Below are positions 1 to 10,331 of a stretch of DNA of 50,345 bases, piece after piece. The stretch comes from Microbacterium sp. Its GTDB lineage: Bacteria > Actinomycetota > Actinomycetes > Actinomycetales > Microbacteriaceae. Numbering within the stretch: the first letter of the stretch is position 1; each line of letters starts with the position of its first letter. The notes beneath the pieces are model-generated. The model did no database searches, was not told the origin of the DNA, and saw only the letters and a program-made list of their open reading frames with translations. The stretch spans positions 1 through 50,345 of the forward strand of contig NZ_JBASZT010000336.1 of assembly GCF_049661145.1 (NCBI RefSeq), read 5' to 3'. Both the position numbers and the translations under genes were made by a program.

Positions 1-4
1 GTCT

Positions 5-1807
5 GTGCCCGGTTATCCCACGGTGCGGGTCTCGGCGCCCCACAGCGCCCAGCTCGCGCGGCGCCTGCGGGCCTTTCAACCCGACGTCGTCCACCTCGCA
101 TCGCCCTTCCTGCTCGGCTGGCAGGCGCTCGCCGCCGCCGACGACCTCCGCTTGCCGACCGTCGCCGTCTACCAAACCGACGTCGTGGCATACGCCAGCC
201 GCTACGGGTTGCCGCGGGCGACCGTGCTCGCCGAGCACCACCTCGCGCGACTGCACCGGCGTGCCACCCTGACGCTGGCGCCGTCCACGGCATCCATCGA
301 TCAACTCACGGGGCTGGGCGTCGACCGGGTTTCGCTGTGGGCACGCGGGGTGGACCTCGAGCGGTTCCACCCGGGTCGTCGCAGCGAGCAGTGGCGCACA
401 CAGGTCGCCCCCGGCCAGATCATCGTCGGCTACGTCGGCCGACTCGCCCCCGAGAAGCAGGTCGGTGACCTCGCCGTCCTGCGGGGGATTCCCGGCGTCC
501 GCCTGGTCGTCGTCGGCGATGGGCCCGAGCGGGCCGCGCTGCAGCGACTGATGCCGGATGCCGCATTCCTCGGACACCTCTCCGGATCCGCGCTGGCTGA
601 GGTCGTCGCGAGCTTCGACCTGTTCGTGCACCCCGGCGAGAGCGAGACGTTCGGGCAGACCATTCAGGAGGCGATGGCCAGCGGCGTCCCCGTGATCGCC
701 ACCGGTCGCGGCGGCCCACTCGACCTCGTCCACAGCAGCATCGATGGCTGGCTGTATCGTCCAGGGGACTTCGGCGAACTGCGCGCGCGGGTGGCAGACC
801 TCGTCGGCGATCCCGCGAAGCGGCGTGCCTTCGGAGCCTCGGCGCGGGATGCCGTGGGTTCGCGGTCGTGGCCCGCTCTGAGCGTCCGCCTGGTCGAGCA
901 CTACGAGCGTGCGCGGAGGCTGCACCGTCTCGACGACTCGCGGGGTCGGCGACGCGCACTCGCGTATCCGCGACCGGACGAGCGCGACGCGGCATCGCGT
1001 ACCCCGCCATGGCGGCGGTATGTCGCGCTCGGCGACTCGATCACCGAAGGCCTGTGCGACGCGTCGCGGATGCCCGATGGTCACTATCGCGGCTGGGCGG
1101 ACCGGCTCGCGCACCTGCTTGCGCTGTCCGGTGGGGGCGGCGCCGCGAAGGGCGATTTCCGCTACGCGAATCTCGCGGTGCGCAGCCGCACCGTCGCGCA
1201 CCTGATCGATGAACAACTGCCCGCCGCACTGCGGCTGCGCCCTGATCTCGTGTCCGTGCTGATCGGTGCGAATGACCTCGTCGGCATCCGTCCCGATGTT
1301 CCGGCGCTGGCCGCGGCGGTCGAAGGAGCAGCGATGAGCTTGCGCGCGAGCGGCTGCGAGGTACTGCTCGTGACACCGTTCCTGCCCCACCTGCGCACCG
1401 CGACGCTACTGGCACGGCGTTTCGCCCGATTCAACGCGGAGCTCCGGCGGATCGCCGTGCGCAGCGGTGCGATGCTGCTCGACATCGAGGCGCATCCCGC
1501 GCTGGGAGCGCTCGAGTTCTGGGCCGACGACAGGGTGCACTTGCGCTCATCGGGTCACCGCTTCGTCGCGTATCAGGCTGCTGCGGTGCTCGGTGTGCCG
1601 GATGCCGCCGCGCTCGCGGGTCTGGATGAAGCCCTGCACGCGGACGAGGATCCACCGCGCGAGGGCACCTGGCTGCGCCGTGACGCGTTGCCGTGGGCGT
1701 GGCGTCGGCTGCGCGGCCGGACAGCGGGCGACGGGCTGTCGGCGAAGCACAGCGACTACGTTGCGATCGCGGATCCGGATAGCCAGGACCGGGCGCGACA
1801 GGGCTGA
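5..1807 (+). CDS. GT4 glycosyltransferase fused to a C-terminal SGNH/GDSL hydrolase (probably 5'-partial)
   Basis: GT-B motifs VGRLAPEK and ETFGQTIQEAMASGVPV, then SGNH blocks ALGDSITEG, NLAVRS, IGANDL and DRVHL in one ORF; begins at the window edge. Confidence 0.85.
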   Translation: MPGYPTVRVSAPHSAQLARRLRAFQPDVVHLASPFLLGWQALAAADDLRLPTVAVYQTDVVAYASRYGLPRATVLAEHHLARLHRRATLTLAPSTASIDQLTGLGVDRVSLWARGVDLERFHPGRRSEQWRTQVAPGQIIVGYVGRLAPEKQVGDLAVLRGIPGVRLVVVGDGPERAALQRLMPDAAFLGHLSGSALAEVVASFDLFVHPGESETFGQTIQEAMASGVPVIATGRGGPLDLVHSSIDGWLYRPGDFGELRARVADLVGDPAKRRAFGASARDAVGSRSWPALSVRLVEHYERARRLHRLDDSRGRRRALAYPRPDERDAASRTPPWRRYVALGDSITEGLCDASRMPDGHYRGWADRLAHLLALSGGGGAAKGDFRYANLAVRSRTVAHLIDEQLPAALRLRPDLVSVLIGANDLVGIRPDVPALAAAVEGAAMSLRASGCEVLLVTPFLPHLRTATLLARRFARFNAELRRIAVRSGAMLLDIEAHPALGALEFWADDRVHLRSSGHRFVAYQAAAVLGVPDAAALAGLDEALHADEDPPREGTWLRRDALPWAWRRLRGRTAGDGLSAKHSDYVAIADPDSQDRARQG

Positions 1808-1861
1808 GGCTGCGTCGGCTGATAGGCTGGTGCAGGATGCCGTGGATTCTCCGCGGTACCC

Positions 1862-1991
1862 GGAGCAGGCCGGCAGGAAGCTGGTCCCCTGTGGTGGGTT
1901 CCCATTCCGACGAATGGTGGCTTTCGACTGGTGGCCAGCGCTGACGAGTTCGTGGCGATGTCGCGCGTCGAAATCTGCCTGTTCCTGCTCC
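1862..1991 (+). ncRNA. Structured pnp 5' leader (Actino-pnp-like RNA motif)
   Basis: Inner stem GCTGGTC...GGCCAGC (1880-1939) and outer pairing GGAGCAGG/CCTGCTCC directly upstream of pnp. Confidence 0.6.
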
Positions 1992-2049
1992 TTCGACACG
2001 CTCGCGTGCGATACGCGCGTGCGAGCTTAAACAAAGAAGGAGAGACCTC

Positions 2050-4317
2050 TTGGAAGGTCCTGAAATCACCGCCGCCGAAGCCGTCCTCGATAACGGACGC
2101 TTCGGCACCCGCACGGTCCGGTTCGAAACCGGACGCCTCGCCCAGCAGGCGCAGGGCGCCGTCGCCGCCTACCTCGACGAAGAGACCATGCTGCTGTCGG
2201 CCACCAGCGCCGGCAAGCACCCCCGCGAAGGGTTCGACTTCTTCCCGCTGACGGTCGATGTCGAAGAGCGCGCCTACGCCGCCGGCAAGATCCCCGGCTC
2301 GTTCTTCCGCCGCGAGGGACGCCCCTCCACCGAGGCGATCCTCGTCTGCCGTCTCATCGACCGTCCGTTGCGCCCGTCGTTCGTCGACGGTCTGCGCAAC
2401 GAGGTTCAGATCGTCGTGACCGTCCTGTCGATCGCCCCGGGCGAGTTCTACGATGCGCTCGCGATCAATGCGGCATCCCTCTCCACGCAGATCTCGGGTC
2501 TGCCGTTCTCCGGTCCCATCGCCGGAGTGCGCCTCGCGCTCATCCCCGGTCACGGCGAGCACGCCGATCAGTGGGTCGCGTTCCCGAACGCCGCTCAGGT
2601 CGAAGAGGCCGTGTTCGACCTCATGGTCGCCGGCCGGGTCCTCGACGACGGCGACGTCGCGATCATGATGGTCGAGGCCGAGGCCACAGAGAACAGCTGG
2701 AACCTCATCCGCTCCGGCGCCGTCAAGCCCAGCGAGGAGATCGTCGCGCAGGGTCTCGAGGCCGCCAAGCCCTTCATCACGGAGCTCGTCTCGGCGCAGA
2801 ACGTCGTGGCGAACACCGCCGCCAAGGAGATCCAGCCCTACCCGGTCTTCCCGGCGTACACCCAGCAGACCTACGACTTCGTCGCCGAGCGCGCCTACGA
2901 CCGGCTCGTGCCCATCTACCAGATCGCCGACAAGATCGAGCGGCAGAACGCCGACGACCAGGTCAAGGACGACGTCAAGGCGCAGCTGATCGCCGCCGTC
3001 GAGGCGGGGGAGCTGCCCGCGACGGCGACGCTCGAGTTCGCCGGTGCCTACAAATCGGTCACGAAGCTGATCGTCCGCGGCCGCATCCTCTCCGAGGGCG
3101 TCCGCATCGACGGTCGAGGCCTTGCGGACATCCGTCCGCTGGATGCCGAGGTGCAGGTCATTCCGCGCGTGCACGGCTCCGCGATCTTCCAGCGCGGCGA
3201 GACCCAGATCCTGGGCGTCACGACGCTGAACATGCTGAAGATGGAGCAGCAGATCGACTCGCTGTCACCCGTCACGCACAAGCGCTACATCCATCACTAC
3301 AACTTCCCGCCGTATTCGACCGGTGAGACCGGCCGCGTCGGATCGCCGAAGCGTCGCGAGATCGGGCACGGCTTCCTCGCCGAGCGCGCGCTCGTGCCGG
3401 TGCTGCCCTCGCGCGAGGAGTTCCCCTACGCGATCCGCCAGGTCTCCGAGGCGCTGGGCTCGAACGGTTCGACGTCGATGGGCTCGGTCTGCGCGTCGAC
3501 GCTGTCGCTGCTGAACGCGGGCGTGCCGCTGCGCGCACCCGTCGCCGGCATCGCGATGGGCCTCGTCTCCGACACCGTCGACGGTCAGACCCGCTACGCG
3601 GCGCTGACCGACATCCTCGGCGCCGAAGACGCCCTGGGCGACATGGACTTCAAGGTCGCCGGAACCAGCGAGTTCGTCACCGCGATCCAGCTCGACACGA
3701 AGCTCGATGGCATCCCGTCGTCGGTGCTCTCCGCCGCGCTGACGCAGGCGAAGGAAGCGCGCCTGACGATCCTGAACGTGCTGACCGCCGCGATCGACGG
3801 CCCCGACGAGATGGCTCCGACCGCTCCGCGCGTCATCAGCGTGCAGATCCCGGTCGACAAGATCGGCGAGCTGATCGGCCCGAAGGGCAAGACGATCAAC
3901 GCGATCCAGGACGAGACCGGCGCGCAGATCTCCATCGAGGAGGACGGCACGGTGTACATCGGCGCCGTCGACGGCCCGTCGGCCGAGGCCGCCCGCGCCC
4001 AGGTCAACGCGATCGCCAACCCCACCAACCCGGAGGTCGGCGAGCAGTTCCTCGGAACCGTCGTCAAGCTGGCCGCGTTCGGTGCGTTCGTCTCGCTCCT
4101 GCCCGGCAAGGACGGTCTGCTGCACATCAGCGAGGTCCGCAAGCTCGCCGGCGGCAAGCGCGTGGAGAACGTCGAGGACGTGCTCTCGGTCGGCCAGAAG
4201 CTGCTCGTCAAGATCACCAAGATCGACGACCGCGGCAAGCTGTCGCTCGAGCCGGTGCTCGATGAGACCGCCGACCAGGAGGGTCGCGTCGCCGCGACCG
4301 CTCCCGCCCAGGTCTGA
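2050..4317 (+). CDS. pnp: Polyribonucleotide nucleotidyltransferase (PNPase)
   Basis: [26 protein letters not shown] and GDMDFKVAG motifs plus KH and S1 domains; TTG start after an AGGAGA RBS. Confidence 0.98.
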   Translation: MEGPEITAAEAVLDNGRFGTRTVRFETGRLAQQAQGAVAAYLDEETMLLSATSAGKHPREGFDFFPLTVDVEERAYAAGKIPGSFFRREGRPSTEAILVCRLIDRPLRPSFVDGLRNEVQIVVTVLSIAPGEFYDALAINAASLSTQISGLPFSGPIAGVRLALIPGHGEHADQWVAFPNAAQVEEAVFDLMVAGRVLDDGDVAIMMVEAEATENSWNLIRSGAVKPSEEIVAQGLEAAKPFITELVSAQNVVANTAAKEIQPYPVFPAYTQQTYDFVAERAYDRLVPIYQIADKIERQNADDQVKDDVKAQLIAAVEAGELPATATLEFAGAYKSVTKLIVRGRILSEGVRIDGRGLADIRPLDAEVQVIPRVHGSAIFQRGETQILGVTTLNMLKMEQQIDSLSPVTHKRYIHHYNFPPYSTGETGRVGSPKRREIGHGFLAERALVPVLPSREEFPYAIRQVSEALGSNGSTSMGSVCASTLSLLNAGVPLRAPVAGIAMGLVSDTVDGQTRYAALTDILGAEDALGDMDFKVAGTSEFVTAIQLDTKLDGIPSSVLSAALTQAKEARLTILNVLTAAIDGPDEMAPTAPRVISVQIPVDKIGELIGPKGKTINAIQDETGAQISIEEDGTVYIGAVDGPSAEAARAQVNAIANPTNPEVGEQFLGTVVKLAAFGAFVSLLPGKDGLLHISEVRKLAGGKRVENVEDVLSVGQKLLVKITKIDDRGKLSLEPVLDETADQEGRVAATAPAQV

Positions 4318-4361
4318 CCTCGGCGCACGATCGCAGGGCGCCGAGCCCGGCGAAAGACCAC

Positions 4362-4404
4362 GGATGCCCGTTCCTCCCGTCTCGGAGGGCGGGCATCCGT
4401 CTTT
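4362..4404 (+). terminator. Probable intrinsic terminator after pnp
   Basis: GGATGCCCG...CGGGCATCC stem followed by GTCTTT. Confidence 0.6.
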
Positions 4405-4601
4405 CGCGCAGGATTGTCCCCCGAATGGGGGACAGCGGCGGGCAGAACAGCAATACCGTGATGCAAGCGTTATGCAATGTTCACCGCCGGTCCCCCGCAA
4501 TGATCCGTTATGTCCCAGGGTTGCCCTACTCTCGGTACTAGGCACCGGGGGGTGCTGAACAACGTGGATCCTCCTGTGCGGATCCACGAGGGGGTGGACA
4601 G

Positions 4602-5627
4602 ATGGGTTCTTTGGACGTCGGCACGTCGCCGACTCAGACGCGCGCCGGCAGTGCACACGACCATCCGTCCGCGCCGATCCCGGTGCAGGGGGCGCCGCTG
4701 GGGACGGCGGTCCGCGTGCCCCTCGGCGAGACAGGGTTGCAGGTCTTCCCGTTGATCCTCGGCGGTGCCGAGTTCGGGTGGCACGTGGACATGACGGCGG
4801 CCCACGGCATCCTCGACGCGTATCGTGCGTGCGGCGGCAATGCCGTCCACACCTCCGATGCCTACGCCGCGGGGCGCAGCGAACACATCATCGGGCAGTG
4901 GTTGCGCGGTCGCGGGGTGCGCGACGAGATCGTGCTCGGCGTGCGTGTCGGTACGAACCCCGACCACTCCGGTCTCAGCTCCGTCAACCTCATCCGTGCC
5001 GTCGAGTCCTCGCTCACCAGACTGCAGACCGACCGTATCGACGTGCTGTATCTCGACGCGGCCAGCGACCGCACAACGAGACTCGAAGACACCCTGGCTA
5101 CAGCGGAGTGGCTCGTCGAGGCGGGCAAGGTCCGTGCCCTCGGTTCGTTCGGTCATTCGGCGGCGCAACTCGTCGAGGCGCGCATCCTGGCATCGGCGGG
5201 CTACCCACGGTTGACGGTGCTCGACGTGCCGTTCAACGTGCTGCGACAGGCAGACTACGACGGCGACCTGCGACTTGTCGCCGGTGCGCAGGGGATCGCC
5301 GTCACGCCGTCTCAGGCGCTGGAGCACGGTTACCTGGCGGGGGCCTTCCGCGACAGGTCCGGCGTCGCCGACTCGGTGCGTGGCGGGCAGCTGGCGGCGG
5401 CGATGAACCGCCGCGGCACGCGCACGCTGCGGACACTCGACCGCATCGGCACCGAGCTGTCGATCCCTACGTCGGCCGTGGCTATCGCGTGGCTGCGCGC
5501 GCAGCGCGCCGTGGTGGCGCCCATCGTCAACGTCTATGCCGTGCGCCACGTGGACGAACTGGTGCAGGGCGTCGGTGCCCGCCTCAGCCGCGCTCACCTT
5601 GCCGAGATCGCCCGTGCCACGCAGTAG
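4602..5627 (+). CDS. Aldo/keto reductase family protein
   Basis: LGETGLQVFPLILGG, SDAYAAGRSEHIIG and SLTRLQTDRIDVLYL. Confidence 0.85.
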   Translation: MGSLDVGTSPTQTRAGSAHDHPSAPIPVQGAPLGTAVRVPLGETGLQVFPLILGGAEFGWHVDMTAAHGILDAYRACGGNAVHTSDAYAAGRSEHIIGQWLRGRGVRDEIVLGVRVGTNPDHSGLSSVNLIRAVESSLTRLQTDRIDVLYLDAASDRTTRLEDTLATAEWLVEAGKVRALGSFGHSAAQLVEARILASAGYPRLTVLDVPFNVLRQADYDGDLRLVAGAQGIAVTPSQALEHGYLAGAFRDRSGVADSVRGGQLAAAMNRRGTRTLRTLDRIGTELSIPTSAVAIAWLRAQRAVVAPIVNVYAVRHVDELVQGVGARLSRAHLAEIARATQ

Positions 5628-5724
5628 GGGTGGCCTGCGCCGTGGGCGCGTGCAACCCGGCATCTGCGTAGACGACTGACGTAGGCTGGGGGAGACCACA
5701 ACCCCCCGGCGAGACGAGTGACTC

Positions 5725-6324
5725 GTGACGCACTATCTGTACCTTGTGCGTCACGGCGAGCATCTCGATGCCGAGCACGGCCTCGAGGACGGGCCGCTCT
5801 CATCGCGCGGCAAGCGTCAGGCCGAGTTGCTGGCGGACCGCTTGTCCGGCGTGCCGCTGGAGGCGGTCTGGCATTCTCCACTGGTGCGTGCTGCCGAGAC
5901 GGCGCGAGCCGTCGCCGAACGGCTGCCCGCAATCACACCGCAGCCGTCCGCCCTACTGTTCGACTGCATCCCGACAGGGTTGACCCCCGACACACCCTCG
6001 ATCTACGCGCCGTTCTTCGGGTCGTACACCGAGGCGGAGGTGGATGCGGGGCGGGCCCAGATGGACGATGCCGTGTCCGCATTCCTGGTGCGAAAGCCTG
6101 ACACGCACGAACTGCTGATCACCCACAACTTCGTCATCGCTTGGTTCGTGCGCGAGGTGCTTGAGGCGCCGGAGTGGCGTTGGCTGACGATCAACCAGGC
6201 CAACTGCGGGCTCACCGTGCTGGCGCAGCGCACCGGACGGCCGTGGGCACTCGTCGCGCACAACGACCTCGCGCATCTGCCCATGGAGCTGCGTACCGGT
6301 CTGCCGGAGATCCCCCTGGTCTAG
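5725..6324 (+). CDS. Histidine phosphatase family protein
   Basis: LVRHGE, SPLVRAAETA and ITHNF motifs. Confidence 0.9.
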   Translation: MTHYLYLVRHGEHLDAEHGLEDGPLSSRGKRQAELLADRLSGVPLEAVWHSPLVRAAETARAVAERLPAITPQPSALLFDCIPTGLTPDTPSIYAPFFGSYTEAEVDAGRAQMDDAVSAFLVRKPDTHELLITHNFVIAWFVREVLEAPEWRWLTINQANCGLTVLAQRTGRPWALVAHNDLAHLPMELRTGLPEIPLV

Positions 6325-6339
6325 GCGCGACGATCCAGG

Positions 6340-6411
6340 TTAGCCTTTCAGGGGCGCTGCCGCGCCGTGGGGGCGAGAAAATCCGCCTCAGGTGCTGAGA
6401 CTTTGCATCAG
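6340..6411 (+). repeat. 68/69-bp dispersed element, copy 1 (intergenic, at the GNAT stop codon)
   Basis: TTAG-cctttcaggGGCGCTGCCGCGCCgtgggggcgagaaaatc...gagactttgca-TCAG; aligns with 11803-11875 and the reverse complement of 24587-24659. Confidence 0.8.
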
Positions 6412-6878
6412 AGCGCCTTGCCGTACCAGCGGGTCGCGTTGGGGTTGTCGTTGTACGGCTCGATCGCGGTGAAGCCGGTGCGCGCATACAGGGCGCCGGC
6501 CGCCTCGAGGGTGTGGTGCGTGTCGAGGACGAGCTCGCCGGCTCCCCATTCCCGCGCGCGTCGCTCGAGGTCCTCCAGCAGCAAGCGTCCCCAGCCGCGG
6601 CCGCGCGTCTCGCGTCGCAGGTACAGGTGCTTCACCTCGTAGCGGACGCCCGCGGGACCGTCGGCCACGCGCCGGATGCCGCCGCACCCGACATCCGCGC
6701 CCTCGTCGTCCACAACGACGACGAAGACCCCGGCGGGAGGCGTGAAGACGGACGCCGCCGGGAACACCGGCCGGTAGTTCTGCCCCTTCGGGAACGCTTC
6801 GCCGCGCATCTCGAAGTACTCCGACAACAGTGTGCGCGCCCGGGTGGAGTCCGCGGGGACCGGTTCGAGACGGACCAT
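6408..6878 (-). CDS. GNAT family N-acetyltransferase
   Basis: EVKHLYL...RGRGWGRLLL acetyl-CoA motif and LYARTGF. Confidence 0.9.
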   Translation of the reverse strand: MVRLEPVPADSTRARTLLSEYFEMRGEAFPKGQNYRPVFPAASVFTPPAGVFVVVVDDEGADVGCGGIRRVADGPAGVRYEVKHLYLRRETRGRGWGRLLLEDLERRAREWGAGELVLDTHHTLEAAGALYARTGFTAIEPYNDNPNATRWYGKAL

Positions 6879-6922
6879 GGATCGAGCGTAGCCGTCCCGC
6901 CTGGACCCCGTAATCTGATGGG

Positions 6923-7738
6923 ATGACGACGAAAGTGGCCATCGTGGGCGGCACAGGCAAGCTCGGCCGGATCATCGCGGGCGTGGTCGACGCCGAAGCT
7001 GACTTCGAAACGGTCGCCGTGCTCGGGTCGTCGAGCGGTCTCGCCGAGATCGGCGGTGCCGACCTCGTCGTGGACGCCTCGACGCCCGGCGTCTCGGTCG
7101 ACGTTGTGCGCGCCGCGATCGAGCGCGGCATCAACGTGCTCGTGGGGACATCGGGTTGGTCGGCGGAGCGCATCGCGCTGGTGCGTCCGTTGGTGGCTGC
7201 CGCGGGCACCGGCGCCGTGTTCATCCCGAACTTCTCGCTGGGGTCGGTGATCGGCACGGCGTTGGCCGCTGCCGTGGCGCCCCATTTCCCCTCTATCGAA
7301 ATCATCGAGACGCACCCCGGGACGAAGGTCGACTCGCCCAGCGGTACCGCGGTGCGCACGGCGGAACTCATCTCCGACGCGCGCTCGGAGGTCGGACCGG
7401 TCGAGTCGCCGCACGTCGATCAGCGCGCGCGGGGGCAGCAGGTCGCGAGCGTACCCGTGCACTCCCTGCGGCGGCCGGGCGTCGTCGCCAAGCAGGAGAC
7501 GATCCTGTCCAGCCCGGGGGAGTCGCTGACGATCGTCCACGACACTGTGAACCCGGGCCTCGCCTACACCCCCGGCATCCGCGTGGCCCTCGCCGCCGCC
7601 CGGGACGCGCGCGGTGTCCTCGTCGGGCTCGACGCCCTGATCGACCTCGGCCTCGGACCCCGTCACGCTTCACCGGTCGAATCTCCCGTGGATGAGGGTG
7701 CGGCGCCCGGGCAGGTCGCCCGCGCCACCGGCGCATGA
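6923..7738 (+). CDS. dapB: 4-hydroxy-tetrahydrodipicolinate reductase
   Basis: GGTGKLG, VGTSG, PNFSLG and ETHPGTKVDSPSGTA motifs; conserved position. Confidence 0.95.
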   Translation: MTTKVAIVGGTGKLGRIIAGVVDAEADFETVAVLGSSSGLAEIGGADLVVDASTPGVSVDVVRAAIERGINVLVGTSGWSAERIALVRPLVAAAGTGAVFIPNFSLGSVIGTALAAAVAPHFPSIEIIETHPGTKVDSPSGTAVRTAELISDARSEVGPVESPHVDQRARGQQVASVPVHSLRRPGVVAKQETILSSPGESLTIVHDTVNPGLAYTPGIRVALAAARDARGVLVGLDALIDLGLGPRHASPVESPVDEGAAPGQVARATGA

Positions 7739-8187
7739 GCGCGCGCGTCGGCGTCGCCGTCATGGCGGTGCTGCTGGGCGTGTACATCGTGCTCGTCGCG
7801 CAGCGCGCGTGGCTGCTGCTCGTCTCGGGTGAGCCGGTCGGCATCGCGATGGGCGTGGCGCTCGTCGTTCTTCCGATCGTGGCGGTGTGGGCCCTGTGGC
7901 GTGAGCTCAGCTTCGGGCTCGGCGCCGAGCGCCTTGCGAAGCGTCTGGAGGCCGAGGGCGCCCTCCCCACCGAGGAGATCGACGTGCGCGAGAGCGGGCG
8001 CCCCGATCGCGCGCAAGCCGATGCGCTGTTCCCGACCTATCGCGCCGCCGTCGAGCAGCATCCCGAGGATTGGCGGCCATGGTTCCGCCTCGGTCTCGCC
8101 TACGACGGCGCCGGCGACCGCCCTCGGGCGAGGCAGGCGATCCGCACGGCGATCGCCCTGGAGCGCAGCGGCCGCGGCGCGGACTGA
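7735..8187 (+). CDS. Conserved membrane protein with TPR-like C-terminus (usual dapB neighbour)
   Basis: Two TM helices, then PEDWRPWFRLGLAYDGAGDRPRAR; ATGA overlap with dapB. Confidence 0.8.
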   Translation: MSARVGVAVMAVLLGVYIVLVAQRAWLLLVSGEPVGIAMGVALVVLPIVAVWALWRELSFGLGAERLAKRLEAEGALPTEEIDVRESGRPDRAQADALFPTYRAAVEQHPEDWRPWFRLGLAYDGAGDRPRARQAIRTAIALERSGRGAD

Positions 8188-8205
8188 GCGCGACGTCGGG
8201 ACGGC
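8178..8205 (+). repeat. Left 28-bp direct repeat of the signalling island
   Basis: CGCGGACTGAGCGCGACGTCGGGACGGC, 26/28 identical to 13540-13567. Confidence 0.8.
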
Positions 8206-8214
8206 CGATCGGGC

Positions 8215-8874
8215 TCAGACCGCGGCGTTGAGGTGTGCGAGCACGGCGAGGACGCGGCGGTTGGAACCGGCATCAACGGGCAGGTCGAGCTTGCCCAGGA
8301 TCTGTGCGACGTGCACTTCGACGGTGCGCTCAGACAGCACGAGCCGCGCTGCGATACCCACATTGCTCAGACCCTCAGCGACGAGGGCGAGCACTTCGCG
8401 TTCTCGGGAGGTCAGTCTTGCCAACGGCTCAGTGCGACGCTTGCGGGCCAGGACCGCTCCGACCACGGCAGGGTCGACCACGAGGTCGCCGGCGATGACC
8501 CGGTAGATGGCCGTCATTAGCGCGTCAGCATCCAGAACACGGTCCTTGAGCAGGTAACCGACGTGGGAATGGCCCTCGAGAAGGTCCATGACGAGTTCCG
8601 GGTCGACCACATGCGAGAGAAGCAGGACGGCTGTGCCCGGATATTGCTCGCGGATCTGAGTCGCGCCGCGCAAGCCCTCCGCGGTGTACGTCGGCGGCAT
8701 TCGCACATCCACCACCGCCGCGTCAGGTCGGTACTCATCCACGACGCTGAGCAGCCCGGCGACGTCGCCCGCTTCGGCGGCGACGTTCGCGCCCGCTTCG
8801 CGCAAGAGGTGGGCGATCCCGGCTCGGGTGACCAGCTCGTCATCCGCGACCACGACCTTCAGCGTCGCCATCAC
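8215..8874 (-). CDS. NarL/LuxR-family response regulator
   Basis: VADD, VDVRMPP, YLLKD receiver motifs; [21 protein letters not shown]. Confidence 0.95.
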   Translation of the reverse strand: MMATLKVVVADDELVTRAGIAHLLREAGANVAAEAGDVAGLLSVVDEYRPDAAVVDVRMPPTYTAEGLRGATQIREQYPGTAVLLLSHVVDPELVMDLLEGHSHVGYLLKDRVLDADALMTAIYRVIAGDLVVDPAVVGAVLARKRRTEPLARLTSREREVLALVAEGLSNVGIAARLVLSERTVEVHVAQILGKLDLPVDAGSNRRVLAVLAHLNAAV

Positions 8875-10331
8875 TTCAGACTACGAGGCAACCACGCATG
8901 GTGTCTCCACCCCGGGCCGACGCGGACGGATATGAGTCGCCCCCCGAGCGCGCGGACGATGTCAGCGGTGCTGCTAGACATCCCACCACCCGCTGCCGCT
9001 GTGACCGTGACGCGCCAGTCCGCTCCGACCGGTTCGATGGCGGCGACGACCGGTCCCGTCGCGGATCTCGTGCACGTCACCAAGAGTCGATAAGCCAGTT
9101 CCGAGGTCGCGGTGTCGACGCCGGTGGGCACCTGAGACAGCTCGACGGGCACCGGGCTGTGCTGTCCGACCGCGCTCCAAGCGTGCTGCAATCCGCCGGA
9201 GTCGAGCTGGGGAGGACGAATACCGTGTGCCACCGCGCGGAGCTGGTCGAGCACGAGACGCACCATTTCGGCGCAGGCTTGACGCGTCTGCGCATCCAGC
9301 TCGGGAGCTGCACGGATGGCGAGTCCCAGAGTGAGGACATGCTGCTGGGCGCCGTCGTGCAAGTCGCGTTCCAATGTCCGACGCCCACGTGCGGCAGCCG
9401 CGACGAGGCGCCCCGCGGACTCTTCGATCCGACGCGCCGTATAGGCCGCCTCGGCCGCCAGCCTGCGGTTCTCCAGCGCGAGTCGGGCAGGTCCCCGCAG
9501 CGTTCGGGCGAGCATTGGGCGTGAGATCATCCGCAGGTCGCCGCGCAACTGAACCACCCGCCCGTCCGGGCCGACGACATCGACGGCATGCGTCGCCACC
9601 GCCATCGGCCGTCCGCGTGCGTCGACGAACACCCCTTCACTCGTGGGGTAGGCCAGGCTGATCGCATCCGTTCCGAGCGCGCCGGCGAGGACCCGATCGG
9701 CATCGTCGGCCGTCGTCAGCGCGGCGACGGCCTCGCCGAGGCGCGCACTGCGAGTCGTCGCGTGCACCAGCGACGAGCCGATCACAACGACCGCCAGCGC
9801 TGCCGCAATCACGGAGCCGGAAGGCTGGGCGGCCACGCACAGCCACCAACTGACGAGGAAGGGCAGCGTCAGCACGCGGTCGCGCCGATCGCCGATCGCC
9901 GGCATGACGCACAGAGAGCAGAGGATAGCGAGGAGGCCGGCGGCGTACGCGACATCGGCGATCACAGGAACGGGCGCGAGCACGAGAGGATTGGCCCGAC
10001 AGTCGACGGTGCAGCGAGGGTCGTGGAACGGATCCTGGATGACGACGGAGAGGGGTCCTGCTGCCGTCGCGCCGACGGCGGCGAGGACCATCGGCCATTG
10101 TGTGCCGTAGCCAACCAGCATGGACAGGACGAGCACCAGCGGCATCGCCGCGGATGCCAGTGCGTGCACCACGGGATCCGCGTTCACTGCCAGGCTCTCC
10201 GCAACGATCTGGGCGAGCACTCCACAGGCCACCGCGGCCACCGCGCGCGAGGGCTCCAGCGAACTGCTCGCCACACCCATCACGCCCAGAACGACGAGCG
10301 CGGCGGCCGCGACGAGCAGGAGCGCCGTCAT
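8871..10331 (-). CDS. Membrane HisKA_3-type sensor kinase with H-box but degenerate ATPase domain
   Basis: Multiple TM segments and [13 protein letters not shown]-box/DxG not recognisable; start reassigned to the ATG at 10331 overlapping the upstream stop. Confidence 0.75.
   Translation of the reverse strand: MTALLLVAAAALVVLGVMGVASSSLEPSRAVAAVACGVLAQIVAESLAVNADPVVHALASAAMPLVLVLSMLVGYGTQWPMVLAAVGATAAGPLSVVIQDPFHDPRCTVDCRANPLVLAPVPVIADVAYAAGLLAILCSLCVMPAIGDRRDRVLTLPFLVSWWLCVAAQPSGSVIAAALAVVVIGSSLVHATTRSARLGEAVAALTTADDADRVLAGALGTDAISLAYPTSEGVFVDARGRPMAVATHAVDVVGPDGRVVQLRGDLRMISRPMLARTLRGPARLALENRRLAAEAAYTARRIEESAGRLVAAAARGRRTLERDLHDGAQQHVLTLGLAIRAAPELDAQTRQACAEMVRLVLDQLRAVAHGIRPPQLDSGGLQHAWSAVGQHSPVPVELSQVPTGVDTATSELAYRLLVTCTRSATGPVVAAIEPVGADWRVTVTAAAGGGMSSSTADIVRALGGRLISVRVGPGWRHHAWLPRSLK

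Noticed and set aside
6336..6354. Partial iron-box resemblance CAGGTTAGCCTTTCAGG
   Set aside because: The right half matches poorly, it lies between convergent gene ends, and it arises from the element boundary
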